Assembly (NCBI GenBank): GCA_950097015.1
Contig: CATNEN010000038.1
Location: 10,292,001 to 10,356,000 of the forward strand
Length of the DNA: 64,000 bases
Origin: Macrostomum hystrix
Taxonomy: Eukaryota > Animalia > Platyhelminthes
Direction: 5' to 3'
Positions 26,060 to 38,593 of the stretch are shown here, one piece after another. A program made the translations under genes and the position numbers. The notes beneath the pieces were generated by a model, which saw only the letters and a list, made by a program, of their open reading frames with translations, did no database searches and was not told the DNA's origin. Every line of letters begins with the position of its first letter. Within the stretch, counting starts at the first letter, position 1.

Positions 26060-28180
26060 ATGCAGTCATTCAAACAGCAATCCAAAAGTTTGATGAAAAT
26101 ATGTGTTGTCACAAATTCTAGTAGCAGTGAAGATGACACAATTGATCAGCAAGACATCATCATGGCTGAATACCACAATCAAGAAGTTGAATCTAGGCCT
26201 AGCCATGATGATCAAGAATCAAATTTACAACCTAGAGAGCAAGATCAGAGTGACAATGGGCCTATAAACTGGGAGCAAACAGTTAGAAATCTTGAAGAGA
26301 GTGACAATGATTCAGTAGGCCTAGCATCTAATATTGATTGTGAAGATGATTCAGATTCAGAAAAAGACTCAAGTGCTGATGATGACAGTTTTGAACAAGA
26401 CCTTGATTTAGCTAATAGACTTCGAAGCGTTTTTATTGACCACAATGTTACTCATGCTGCAATCAAAGATATGCTGAAAGTTTTAAAACCATATCACCCT
26501 ATGCTGCCAACAGATCCTCGAACTTTGCTTCAGTGTAAAGGCAAATCAAATCTAGTTGATGTCCAACCAGGAAAATATCAACATTTTGGTGTTGAAAATG
26601 GTATTAGTGAAGTTTTTAAGTTAAAAGAACAAGATAATACTATTTTTAATTTGGATGAAATACACATAATACTTTGTGTCGATGGATTGCCAATTTTTAA
26701 TAGTTCTGTCAGTGGTTTTTGGCCTATTGTTGCTGCATTATCTAATATTCCTTCATCTACATTTCTTGTTGGTCTATATTATGGCGAGAAAAAGCCCCAG
26801 AGTGCTGAAGAATTTCTTCGACCACTTATTGCTGAGTTGCAAGTCCTTGCTTCTGGCAAATTTTTTCTTAGGAAAAAACGCAAGGTTATTCTAGACTATG
26901 TCATATGTGACACTCCAGCTCGTAGATTTGTTAAATGTGTAAAGGCACATAGTGCATTCTTTGGCTGTGACCATTGTGAACAAAAAGGTACCACTGAATA
27001 TGTTCAAACCCTGAACAAGGGAAGGGCAGTAGTTTTTCTTGAACTTGATGCTGCTATTCGAACTGATAGTTCATTTCGTTTGAAGTTGCAACCAGAGCAC
27101 CACCATGCAGCCTCACCTTTTGAGGATCTAGCTATAGATATGGTCAATGGCTTTCCTTGTGATCCTATGCATTTACTTTATCGTGGCATTGGCCCTATGC
27201 TTTTAAAGCTTCTGAAAGAAGGACCCAAGCCATTTAAAGTATCCCAAGGAATTATTAGTCAGATAGACAGGTTGTTATTACACATTCGGCTTTATATCCC
27301 TAGTGACTTTTCTCGTAAGCCATCTCTTCTACAGCACTTAGGAATGTGGAAAGCTACTGTTGTCCGCCAGTTTTTTTTGTACTTGGCGCCTTTCATTTTT
27401 AGCTCAACAGTAGAAAATCTAGAATTTCAAAGCCTATTGTTGTCATTTCATGTAATTGTAACTTTGCTTAACATTAAGGATCTTAGTGGTGAATATATAG
27501 CCTACTTGCGTCAGCTTTGTCGCAGCTTCATAACAGGAGGCATCCAATTGTTTGGTTGTCAATTTGCTGTGTACAATGTTCATTCATTGTTACACTTGGT
27601 TGAGGATGTTCTTGCCCACAATAATATAGATGAAGTCAGCTGCTTCCAGTTTGAAAATTTCATGCGCTTTGTGAAGCGGCTAGTGCGAACGCCAAATTTG
27701 CCACTTCAGCAAGCAGTTGCCAGAGTATTTGAACAAGGTCAATGTTTAGGTCAGTGCAAGCCAACCTCTTCAAAACCTGAACTCTCTAAGGAGCATAGCA
27801 GCAATGTGCTTCCTATAGATACAAATGTCAGTGATGTGTGCCAATTTAAGTGTTTGAACTTTGGCTTCACTTGCATCAGACTAGGGCGCCGTGATAGCTT
27901 TATTAGCACTCAAAATGGAAATGTTCTCAAAGTATGCAACATTATTAAAGATGCTCATGGTATCTGGTTGGTTGCTCAACGGTTTAAAGAAAAGCGCTCT
28001 TTTTACAACTGTGTGCTTAGCTCCTCTGACTTAGGAATACTTGGAGTGCGAAATCTGTCAAAAAAACTAACTAAGGTTAACTTGTCTAATGTATATGCCA
28101 AAGTAATGGCCATTCCACTGCATGAAACATTCAATGAATGGATGACCTGCCCACTAAGGCATACTGAAGGTCTATTTTAG
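26060..28180 (+). CDS. EnSpm/CACTA-type DDE transposase, 706 aa
   Basis: LPTDPRTLL, VDGLPIF..S...FWPI, CDTPARRFVKCVKAHSAFFGCDHC, DPMHLLYRGI, PSDFSRKP, WKAT..RQFFLY, YNVHSLLHL, SCFQFENFM; uninterrupted ORF. Confidence 0.92.
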   Translation: MQSFKQQSKSLMKICVVTNSSSSEDDTIDQQDIIMAEYHNQEVESRPSHDDQESNLQPREQDQSDNGPINWEQTVRNLEESDNDSVGLASNIDCEDDSDSEKDSSADDDSFEQDLDLANRLRSVFIDHNVTHAAIKDMLKVLKPYHPMLPTDPRTLLQCKGKSNLVDVQPGKYQHFGVENGISEVFKLKEQDNTIFNLDEIHIILCVDGLPIFNSSVSGFWPIVAALSNIPSSTFLVGLYYGEKKPQSAEEFLRPLIAELQVLASGKFFLRKKRKVILDYVICDTPARRFVKCVKAHSAFFGCDHCEQKGTTEYVQTLNKGRAVVFLELDAAIRTDSSFRLKLQPEHHHAASPFEDLAIDMVNGFPCDPMHLLYRGIGPMLLKLLKEGPKPFKVSQGIISQIDRLLLHIRLYIPSDFSRKPSLLQHLGMWKATVVRQFFLYLAPFIFSSTVENLEFQSLLLSFHVIVTLLNIKDLSGEYIAYLRQLCRSFITGGIQLFGCQFAVYNVHSLLHLVEDVLAHNNIDEVSCFQFENFMRFVKRLVRTPNLPLQQAVARVFEQGQCLGQCKPTSSKPELSKEHSSNVLPIDTNVSDVCQFKCLNFGFTCIRLGRRDSFISTQNGNVLKVCNIIKDAHGIWLVAQRFKEKRSFYNCVLSSSDLGILGVRNLSKKLTKVNLSNVYAKVMAIPLHETFNEWMTCPLRHTEGLF

Positions 28181-28263
28181 GTGTAAGCATTCCTTGATGT
28201 ACAAGTTAGATTTTTAAATTATTATCTTGCTTACCCAGGCCCTTAGTATTTTATTTCAGTACA

Positions 28264-30403
28264 ATGAAGCGATTTGCTCTTGCTGAGTTTGATGATGGCT
28301 CAGTTGTGTTGCCACTCACCTGGTTAGCTAATGATAAGCAAACTGCTTTTCTACCTAACAATTTTCATGATGCTCTAAATGCATCTTTCTTACGTCTTGT
28401 GAAAAAAAGTGCCAAAGTAGGCAAGGACTGGCCCTCATTTAATGTCTTAAAAATCCACTTGGAAAACGGTATGTTAATGTTTAAAATATTGTATTTTTGT
28501 TACATTTTATGTTTTTTAAACTATCTAATGTGTCCAATACTTAATTTAGACGACTTAGAGTACCTGCTTTACCGTCTGCGACGCTCCAAAGACTCTGGGA
28601 CGTTTTCGGACACAGACACAAGTTCTAAGCGAAAGCGACGATCTGTTGAATATTTTATTGACTCCAACACTACTAGCACTACACCTAAGCAAGCAAAAAA
28701 GTGTCCAACCTTTGTTTGTCCGTCTCCACCTACTGGTTGCTCACTTAAATCAGCTGCTGCATCGTCCTCACATAAGGAGCAGACTGTTGGTGCTTCTGAC
28801 CTTCCGCAAGCCTGTGCTACTAATTCTGCCTTTCAACAAGCTGGTGCTGCTTCTCCTGCTCGTCCGCAAGCTAGCTCTGCTTTTGCTCGTCCGCAAGCTG
28901 GTGCTGCTTCTCCTGCTCGTCCGCAAGCTGGTGCTGCTTCTCCTGCTCGTCCGCAAGCTGGTGCTGCTTCTCCTGCTCGTCCGCAAGCTGGTGCTGCTTC
29001 TCCTGCTCGTCCGCAAGCTGGTGCTGCTTCTCCTGCTCGTCCGCAAGCTGGTGCTGCTTCTCCTGCTCGTCCGCAAGCGAGCTCTGCTTCAGCTCGTCCG
29101 CAAGCGAGCTCTGCTTCAGCTCGTCCGCAAGCTAGCTCTGCTTCTGCTCGTCCGCAAGCTAGCTCTGCTTCAGCTCGTCCGCAAGCTAGCTCTGCTTCTG
29201 CTCGTCCGCAAGCTAGCTCTGCTTCAGCTCGTCCGCAAGCTAGCTCTGCTTCAGCTCGTCCACTGGCTGGTGCTGCTTCTACTGCTCATTCACTAGCTGC
29301 CCTATCTGCTCGTCTGGAGCCAGCGGCATCTACTTCAACAGCTCCGTGTCATTGCAAGCATCTTGAAAGTAAGTCGTTCAGCATTTGTGTCACCACTGAC
29401 CTTGTATTGCATTTTGATTATTTACAATTTCACTGACTATTATATTACAGAATGGATAGGCCTCCTACTTGAGCATATACTCGAGCTCAAGACTCTAGTT
29501 GCAAGTGGAAGACAGCAAATCGACATCCCAGATTCTCTAACCATGTTGCCCGTCCGAACGCGCAGAGCTTTCGAGGCTTTCTCACAGTTGCTAGATGAAA
29601 AAGAAGACGTCCGTGCCGAATATGTAAGTTGATTGTAAGCAGCTAATTACGCTGCCGCCGATTTCTTTATGTACTTAATTAGGCCATTTATATTACCAGA
29701 TCAAGATCGGAAAAATGTAATAAATATATAATTATACTATTTTTTTGTTTTAGATTCAATACTGCATTGCTAAGTCTGATATACCGAAGCTGACTGACGC
29801 AGTAGTTTTAATGCTGGAGTTCACAGCAAGGCCAGGCGTTCTAAAACATTTCAACATTCAGGGCCGTCGAGGCAAGGCTAGATTGCCCCAACCAATTGTG
29901 GAGTGCCTATCAAGTGAGTTTCTGTAGTGTTGAGGCAACTTTGAAGATATTATGCACTAAAAATATTGATACAATTATAACATTAATTTGCAGAGATTAT
30001 CACTGAGAGAAAGCATTTTAAGCGTCAATTAGGAACTACTACTCCGTCTGCATTTATCGGAGGAATATTGAAGCGGATGACAAAGAGGGCGGAGCGTCTA
30101 GGAGAGACAATAGATGACGATCGTGACAACGAGACGAGAGAAGATGATGAGCGGGGCGACGATACCAACGATGAAGAGAAGATGGATGAGGAAGACGGCG
30201 GGAGCATGGAGCCGGGCGATGATCGCGACGAGCAAGAAGACCGCGGCAGCGTGGAGTCGGACTATGATGGCGACGAGGAAGAAGACCGCGGCAGCATGGA
30301 GCCGGACGATGATGGCGACGAGGAAGAAGACCGCGGCAGCGTGGAGCCGGACGATGATGGCGACGAGGGTAATGACGACGGCAGTAAGGAGGCCGGACAA
30401 TAA
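28264..30403 (+). CDS. EnSpm-associated second ORF (DUF4806-like C-terminal domain); exons 28264-28468, 28550-29368, 29451-29623, 29754-29913, 29994-30403
   Basis: In-phase GT-AG introns; N-terminal FALAEF...VVLPLTWL motif, central A/S/P/R repeats, LPVRT..FEAF, FNIQGRRGK motif, acidic repeat tail. Confidence 0.75.
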
Positions 30404-31353
30404 GTAACAGTGAATGACTGATTAGATGAGATATGTACACTCGGGATCAGTCGCTTGTGAGACTTTTGTACCAAAGAAGTATTTATATCTACCACCGTAC
30501 AGGGTGTCCGCAACCTGGAAAATCTGGAAAAACCTGGAAAACCCCAAAACAGTAGGAAAAACTGGAAAAAGACCAATGTGGGAGTGGAAACCTGGAATTA
30601 TCATTCGTCCTGGTAGCGGGTAGCTGGTGGCCGCAAGAACATATGCTCTCCAAGAATATTCTATCTTTTCCGATCATGTCCCCTTTTAGTTTTCGTCAAT
30701 TGCTCATTGCTCATTGAAATCGTTTAATCTGAATTTTACCCAATTTGCTATGGAAAAATATAAAGCTCGTAGTGTTGTAGCATGTGTGAATGAATGAATG
30801 AATGAATTAATTGCTTCTGATCTGAATTTGGGAGCTGCGTAGCTCCCGAGCGAGCTGGAAACACTAAATCAATAAACATTGTTGCGTACATTCAATTTGT
30901 AAAGCTCCTTTAATTTTATAACACTTCTTCGCTGAAATGGAATTTTTACTTTAGATTCATATTTATTGGTATTGGCGGAAGCGGTAGCAAATAGGCATGG
31001 CTATTCGTATAAATAAAAGTAGCGTGCTTTTTTGGGATGGGGTTGATGATCAGATATTTTGCCTTATTTTAATTTGTTCTTTAAGTGCATTTAAAGGCGT
31101 ACGTGTATTTGTATTGAATTGGTACGGGATTTAGTTGTGCGACACCTTAAAATTAGGCTGTTCGTGGAATTAGGATGGCGCGCTGCACTGCACGCATGGA
31201 TTCCTGCATGTCGTGCAAAGACATTCACAATACGTAACAAAATTTCGTCATGGGAACGTTGGGGAGACGAACGGGAAAACGGACGTGAAACCAAATGAAT
31301 TTCCTCCTGGATACGTATCATGGACGTAACAATACGTAAAAATGTTGCTCGGG

Positions 31354-32307
31354 CAGTATATATTCAACTCAGTGTAACCACTGATGAATCCGTAAATGTA
31401 CCCCCACTTCAACAGTTCAGATAGTCAACTATAAGCAGTATATATTCAACTCAGTGTAACCACTGATGAATCCGTAAATGTACCCTCACTTCAACAGTTC
31501 AGATAGTCAACTATAAGCAGTATATATTCAACTCAGTGTAACCACTGATGAATCCGTAAATGTACCCTCACTTCAACAGTTCAGATAGTCAACTATAAGC
31601 CGTATATATTCAACTCAGTGTAACCACTGATGAATCCGTAAATGTACCCTCACTTCAACAGTTCAGATAGTCAACTATAAGCCGTATATATTCAACTCAG
31701 TGTAACCACTGATGAATCCGTAAATGTACCCCCACTTCAACAGTTCAGATAGTCAACTATAAGCCGTATATATTCAACTCAGTGTAACCACTGATGAATC
31801 CGTAAATGTACCCCCACTTCAACAGTTCAGATAGTCAACTATAAGCAGTATATATTCAACTCAGTGTAACCACTGATGAATCCGTAAATGTACCCTCACT
31901 TCAACAGTTCAGATAGTCAACTATAAGCTGTATATATTCAACTCAGTGTAACCACTGATGAATCCGTAAATGTACCCCCACTTCAACAGTTCAGATAGTC
32001 AACTATAAGCCGTATATATTCAACTCAGTGTAACCACTGATGAATCCGTAAATGTACCCCCACTTCAACAGTTCAGATAGTCAACTATAAGCAGTATATA
32101 TTCAACTCAGTGTAACCACTGATGAATCCGTAAATGTACCCCCACTTCAACAGTTCAGATAGTCAACTATAAGCAGTATATATTCAACTCAGTGTAACCA
32201 CTGATGAATCCGTAAATGTACCCCCACTTCAACAGTTCAGATAGTCAACTATAAGCAGTATATATTCAACTCAGTGTAACCACTGATGAATCCGTAAATG
32301 TACCCCC
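31354..32307. repeat. 82-bp satellite array, right part (~11.5 copies)
   Basis: Same unit and phase as 23128-25185. Confidence 0.97.
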
Positions 32308-34074
32308 TAAGTTTGTAGAACAGGTGCACATCTGGAATCGCGCATGCCGTTATTGGATAGCCCCTGATGTGCCGTCAAAAATTCAGCATCCGAAACTTAA
32401 AAAAATAACGATATTCGCACTTCAAAAAACTAACTTTTAGCTTTTGATGAATAAAATTGCTAATTTTCTAAAACGCATAACAAAAATTAAGAGATTTTAA
32501 AGCTAAGGCCCTATTTGGCTATCACCGGGGTCGGTATGTTTTACACTTGCTTCCGTTAGAAGCTCATAGCGGATGAAAGTTACGGGATAGATGAAGTTGA
32601 GGGTAGAAGCTTGCCCACTGAGCTCAGGCAGAATGCCGAATAAAATAAAGAACGCTGATAATAGAAAGGCCAAAAGTATTAAAATTGGTGAGCGTAATGT
32701 CTTTTGCTCGCCTCAGATTTGAACTCAAGTGACTCTGGGTTTTCGCTCATGCAAGTAATAGCTGGTTTACTAATAACGCAGACTCAAACCACACAAGGGA
32801 TGATTCACACGAAGGAATAAACGACTCAATGAACTTAATAAACAGGTTAGAGCCTAATAAACAAATAAACACAGAGGATAAGCGAGGCTGCTTACTAATA
32901 GAATTGATAAGGTGATGCTGCTTACTCATAAAATTGATAAGGGTTTCAAACAATTTTCCTAAGATCTGCGTCTAGCACCAGCAGCAGATAATCAACAACA
33001 GCGTTAATAGCAAAAATGACAACACAAATTATTGCACTTTTAGCAGCTGCGGCAGCCAGTCGGTGACGAAACTTGTCTTAGAGCCGCACCTCGGCATAGC
33101 TCAGCAGGATAAGGTCGTAGCAACATCCGTAGTCCCACGTAGTCTCCGTAGTCTGCTAGTTAGTAATAAAAAATGGAAAATTATGAAAAATATATTTAAG
33201 TTTTTTAATAAATAAAATTAATAAATAATAAATAAATAGAGCAGAGAAGTAAAATCAGGGACATTCCATCGTTGGCCAATTCCTTATATACTTATTTATA
33301 ACAAACATATTTATAACGAACGTTTCAATAATATATAAAATACAAACTACAAACCAAGATTAAATAAGTTAACGGATGCGCACCTGACATGACTTATAGA
33401 CTTTTCTTTGGGTTTTAGTTGTCCCTGGCTGTGGCCCAGGTGAAACTGCTCCGGGAAGCTGCTGATTAGCCCCTGCAGAGCTAACGCTGCGGCTGCCTCA
33501 TGGAATGGCTAGAGCAGCCAATCAAACATGTCGACACCGGTGACGCCCATCTGAAGTGGTCCCAGACCCTCTGACTTGGCCACCAGCTGGAACACGTCCA
33601 TGGCGGCAAGAAGGTCGCTGCCTGGGCCGCAGCCGAGTGACAGGACCTCATAGCTGGTGCTGCTGGTGTTTGAGCCCATGATGGCGTCATAGAGCTCAGC
33701 TTGAATCAGCTGGCGAATGGACAACCGCTTCTTCGGGAGCTCGCACACTGTGTATGCGGCCCTAAATTCACTAGATTGGTAGAACCCTAAGTTTCCTTTG
33801 TCGCCTGACTGACTGGAAAACAAAAGTAGAATATTTTACTAATTTCAACAAAAATGTTTTTAAAATATATTTTGTGAGCACAGGCTATGGAATCTGAGTC
33901 TCTACAGCACCTGAGTCTATCCTATCTAGGCCAATGAGATCTGAGTCTATGCCATGAATTTCTATCTGAGTATGAAAAGGCAAAATAATGAAAATAGGAG
34001 ACAAACACATCAAACACATTGAGATTAACCCGGCTTAATTATATAATAATTAATTAAGAAGTCATATTGCTTAA

Positions 34075-34240
34075 AAAAACACAGAGGATAAGCGAGGCTG
34101 CTTACTAATAGAATTGATAAGGTGATGCTGCTTACTAATAAAATTGATAAGGTGATGCTGCTTACTAATAGAATTGATAAGGTGATGCTGCTTACTCATA
34201 GAATTGATAATGTTTAACGGGTTTCAAACAATTTTACTAA
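34075..34240. repeat. 30-bp repeats (ATAGAATTGATAAGGTGATGCTGCTTACTA), duplicated at 32867-32960
   Basis: AAACACAGAGGATAAGCGAGGCTGC...GGGTTTCAAACAATTTT occurs at both loci. Confidence 0.85.
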
Positions 34241-34531
34241 AGCACTCCCGCTGGCGCACCGGCTCGATGTCATTGTCAATGACGAATATTCGGCTGCCAA
34301 GTCTTAACACGTGAAACAAAGCAACTATGATGATTTCTAGAGAAGCATCATAGTTGCTTCTATGATGCTGCAGCAGCAGTCAGTCAGCAGTCAGCCAGTC
34401 AGTGACTGATCTACCAGACTGGATGCTCGTTGACACTACGTACTTTCCCTCCGAGGTCCACATCGCCGAACTGGCTGGCGGGCTGGAAAACAAAAGTAGA
34501 ATATTTTACTAATTTCAACAAATATGTTTTT

Positions 34532-34756
34532 AGAGAGGCAGTCGATATCGAAATAATTATGGAAATTCGTCAGTAATAAGATAGGGCTTATAGGGCCCGA
34601 CTTTCTCATCGTCTGGCAGTGTACACTATCGCTGTGCCCCTAAGTCTTCTCTCCGCGGCTGCGTTCAAAATGAATGTGGCCTCGCCGCGGAATCGAGCTC
34701 AGGGACCTCGGTGCGAGAGGCCAACGCGTTAGACCGATTTGCCACTCACCCGGCCC
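34532..34756 (-). mobile_element. tRNA-derived SINE
   Basis: Minus strand GGGCCGGGTGAG-TGGCAAATCGG (A box) ... AGCTCGATTCC (B box-like), then a GC-rich ~140-bp body; no TSD seen. Confidence 0.55.
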
Positions 34757-35469
34757 TAACCAATGTTACAAGCTCATTGAGTAGGAATTTTGTAGCTTAT
34801 CTCAGCTGTTTACTACACAAAATGATTGAAGCAAACAACAATTTTTTTCTAATTGTTGCTTTATTTGAATGGAATAAAATGAGCATATGATGAGCAGCGA
34901 TAAGTAAATAACAAAACAGAGCATTAGTAGAGCTAACTAACATTAACACAATACAAGAACGGTACGTTTTTTGTATTTTACTACTGCAATATCTATAAGA
35001 AAGTATTAAAATAACAGTGCACTATATCTGAATAACAATTTTATATTAATTAATAAAGGTTTGTACTAGCTAACTATATTTTTGTAGAAAGCTTTGCACG
35101 TTAAAAAAAGAACGGGAATTTAATTTGGCATAGAATTTAATTAGCGAGACATTGTAAACATATATGCTCATACTTAATTACATTCGTGGAGCTTAGTAAA
35201 ATAACTTTCGGAGCACTAACACAAGCTCCAAAATTTATGGCAATCATTTTTAATCTCCATTTTTGGATATTTTCATTTTGAATTAGTGCTACTGATACTG
35301 ATACTGATACTGGCACTGCTACTGACGTGTCAGAAAGACGTGGCAGTGTCTATGGAAAGTGTGAACGAACTGTTCTGTGTTTTATTGTTTAAAATCATTT
35401 TCATAGATTTTTGAGCTTGTGTAACACTACCCCTGACCTTCGCGCACGTTTCTTGCTGCAGCTCCTGAA

Positions 35470-35611
35470 TAGAAAAAGATATGAACATGATTTTAATTTT
35501 GTTTTCTTTCTGACAAAATTTCCTTTCATTTGACACCATGGGCGTGAAATTTCATGGCTCCGTTGAAGAGCAACGTTGGACATTCCGGGAACTTTTGGGA
35601 CACCCCTCGTA
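35470..35611 (-). mobile_element. Mariner-like terminal fragment
   Basis: Minus strand TA|CGAGGGGTGTCCCAAAAGTTCC, typical of mariner TIRs; no partner end found. Confidence 0.45.
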
Positions 35612-36769
35612 ATATTTATAAAAAATCGAATGCTTTTAGTTCAGAAAAACACACGCAAAGGATGAATGTATAAGTACTTATAGGCATTGTAGTTTACAGA
35701 CAAGCAAGCGGCGACAAAAATCGCAGTTTTTATCTTACTGAGTACGGAGATACACCCGAATTAGTATTAGTAAAAACTAAAATTATTAATCGTTTAAAGT
35801 CATTTTTACCATAAAAAAACTAAAAAAATTAAAAAGCAGCTGTCGCATTTTCGCTAGAGAAAAACGAACAAAACTTGCCTAATTTTCTACCTAAATAAAT
35901 GTTAGCCCATCAATGTACGCCGGCACCATTGTTGCCAATGCCACCGGTGCCGCTCTCGCCTAGCAACAGCCGCGAGTCGTCCATCAGGCTGGGCTGCGGT
36001 CTCTTAGCAACCAATGCGCGAGGCAGCTTGTCGTGGTACAACTGATAGACGTCACGGTCGGCCGGACAGCTACAACGGAAGGCCTCGCATTCGTACATGG
36101 CCGAATAATAGGCTTGCAGATGCTGCAGCTCTGATGGCACATCGAAGTCGCGATAGAACTGAAATGTATCGACGATGCGAACAATTGAATCACGCCTGTC
36201 TCATCTCTCTGATCTCACCCAAGACGTCTCATCTCTCCGATCTCACCTCACCCCTGTCTCGTCTCTCCGATCTCACCTCACCCCTGTCTCATCTCTCCTC
36301 TGTCTAATCTGAACACTGTCACATGCATCTTGGCCCTGATTCATGTCTTCACTGTCTCATATCTTCCCTGTTTTATCTCCCGTCTTATCTCTCCTCTGTA
36401 TAAAACTGTGCCGTGTCTTACATCTTCCATGTCACATCTCTCGCCTGTCTCATCTTTATCCTGTCTCATCTCTTTCCTATCTGATTTCACAGTCAATACC
36501 GACCCGCATTCATTTTAGAATCTATCTTTAGCCCGCTGGAGCTAAATAGACTCTGAGATTAAAAAAGCATTCGAACCCTGGCAGACAAACAGGGAATTCT
36601 ACCTTAGCGGCCATTTTCAGATGATGCAGTTTAGGCATGAGTTGGCAATCCGCGTAGGTTAGCTCATCTGAGAGCAGGTAGCGACAACTTAGCGACAATT
36701 TGTACATGTGGTTCGGACTGCGCGGCTTCGGTCGATACTTAAGGCGCAGAGGCTCAACTGGATCACACC

Positions 36770-37215
36770 ATCAGCAACATCACCTCATCAATTCTATGTG
36801 ACAGCAGCATCATATTATCAATTCTATAAGTTAGCAACATCATATTATCAATTCTATAAGTCAGCAGCATCATATTATCAATTCTATGTGACAGCAGCAT
36901 CATATTATCAATTCTATGTGTCAGCATCATCATATTATCAATTCTATAAGTCAGCAGCATCATATTATTAATTCTATGTGACAGCAGCATCATATTATCA
37001 ATTCTGTAAGTCAGCAGCATCATATTATCAATTCTATGTGTCAGCAGCATCATATTATCAATTCTATGTGACAGCAGCATCATATTATCAATTCTATAAG
37101 TCAGCAGCATGATATTATCAATTCTATGTGACAGCAGCATCATATTATCAATTCTATAAGTCAGCAGCATCATATTATCAATTCTGAGTCAGCAGCATCA
37201 TATTATCAATTCTAT
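36770..37215. repeat. 30-bp minisatellite (CATATTATCAATTCTATRWGWCAGCAGCAT)
   Basis: Direct inspection; truncated at 37215 by KDZ-type unit 2. Confidence 0.93.
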
Positions 37216-38593
37216 GTGACGTCTTGGCAAGTGCAAAAGATTGAAACGCGCACTGTTCACTTTCACGCCACGATGAGGCGCGTCACGTTCGTGAAAGAAA
37301 AATTTATCTGACAAATGCAGAGGGAAAATGTCAAAGCAATGAATGCACAGTGACAATCCCAGCATTAGTTTTATGCAGAGGGAAAATGTCAAAGCAATGA
37401 ATGCACATTGACAATCCCAGCATTAGTTTTATGCAGAGGGAAAAATGTCAAAGCAATGAATGCACAGTGACAATCCCAGCATTAGTTTTATGCAGAGGGA
37501 AAAATGTCAAAGCAATGAATGCACAGTGACAATCCCAGCATTAGTTTTTTGCAGAGGGAAAAATGTCAAAGCAATGAATGCACAGTGACAATCCCAGCAT
37601 TAGTTTTATGCAGAGGGAAAATGTCAAAGCAATGAATGCACATTGACAATCCCAGCATTAGTTTTATGCAGAGGGAAAAATGTCAAAGCAATGAATGCAC
37701 ATTGACAATCCCAGCATTAGTTTTATGCAGAGGGAAAATGTCAAAGCAATAAATGCACATTGACAATCCCAGCATTAGTTTTTTGCAGAGGGAAAAATGT
37801 CAAAGCAATGAATGCACAGTGACAATCCCAGCATTAGTTTTATGCAGAGGGAAAATGTCAAAGCAATGAATGCACAGTGACAATCCCAGCATTAGTTTTT
37901 TGCAGAGGGAAAAATGTCAAAGCAATGAATGCACAGTGACAATCCCAGCATTAGTTTTATGCAGAGGGAAAAATGTCAAAGCAATGAATGCACATTGACA
38001 ATCCCAGCATTAGTTTTATGCAGAGGGAAAATGTCAAAGCAATGAATGCACAGTGACAATCCCAGCATTAGTTTTATGCAGAGGGAAAAATGTCAAAGCA
38101 ATGAATGCACATTGACAATCCCAGCATTAGTTTTATGCAGAGGGAAAAATGTCAAAGCAATGAATGCACATTGACAATCCCAGCATTAGTTTTATGCAGA
38201 GGGAAAATGTCAAAGCAATAAATGCACATTGACAATCCCAGCATTAGTTTTTTGCAGAGGGAAAAATGTCAAAGCAATGAATGCACAGTGACAATCCCAG
38301 CATTAGTTTTATGCAGAGGGAAAAATGTCAAAGCAATGAATGCACAGTGACAATCCCAGCATTAGTTTTATGCAGAGGAAAAATGTCAAAGCAATAAATG
38401 CACATTGACAATCCCAGCAATATTTGACAGAATATAGACTCTAGTCCCTGTAAAGATAGCAGCTCTCTGCACAGTGACTATTTTCGGCTGAAAACATTGA
38501 AAACCATAGCATATTGCATCTTAAATATTATACTATCTAATATTAAGCTATTGGCGTCGTGTGGGCCTCTAATAATTGTTTCATATTAAAATT

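Larger units (their letters stand above)
25186..31353 (+). mobile_element. Apparently intact CMC/EnSpm (CACTA-type) DNA transposon, 6168 bp
   Basis: Perfect 20-bp TIRs CCCGAGCAACATTTTTACGT / ACGTAAAAATGTTGCTCGGG; 3-bp TSD CAG (25183-25185, 31354-31356) restoring the satellite unit; two intact ORFs. Confidence 0.93.
33040..36200 (-). pseudogene. Fragmented class I SAM-dependent methyltransferase-like gene
   Basis: Exon from acceptor 33812 encodes FRAAY...EVLSLGCGPGSDLLA...GVTGVDMFDW (motifs I/II) with TAG at 33511-33509. YDLILLSY (motif IV-like) near 33100; VLRLGSRIFVIDND near 34290; further coding-like exon at 35910-36140. Exon order is not colinear. Confidence 0.55.

Noticed and set aside
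23128-32307. CTGATGA in each 82-bp unit suggesting a hammerhead-ribozyme satellite
   Set aside because: No closing stem II or GAAA core follows (ATCCGTAAATGTACCC), so a hammerhead cannot be drawn
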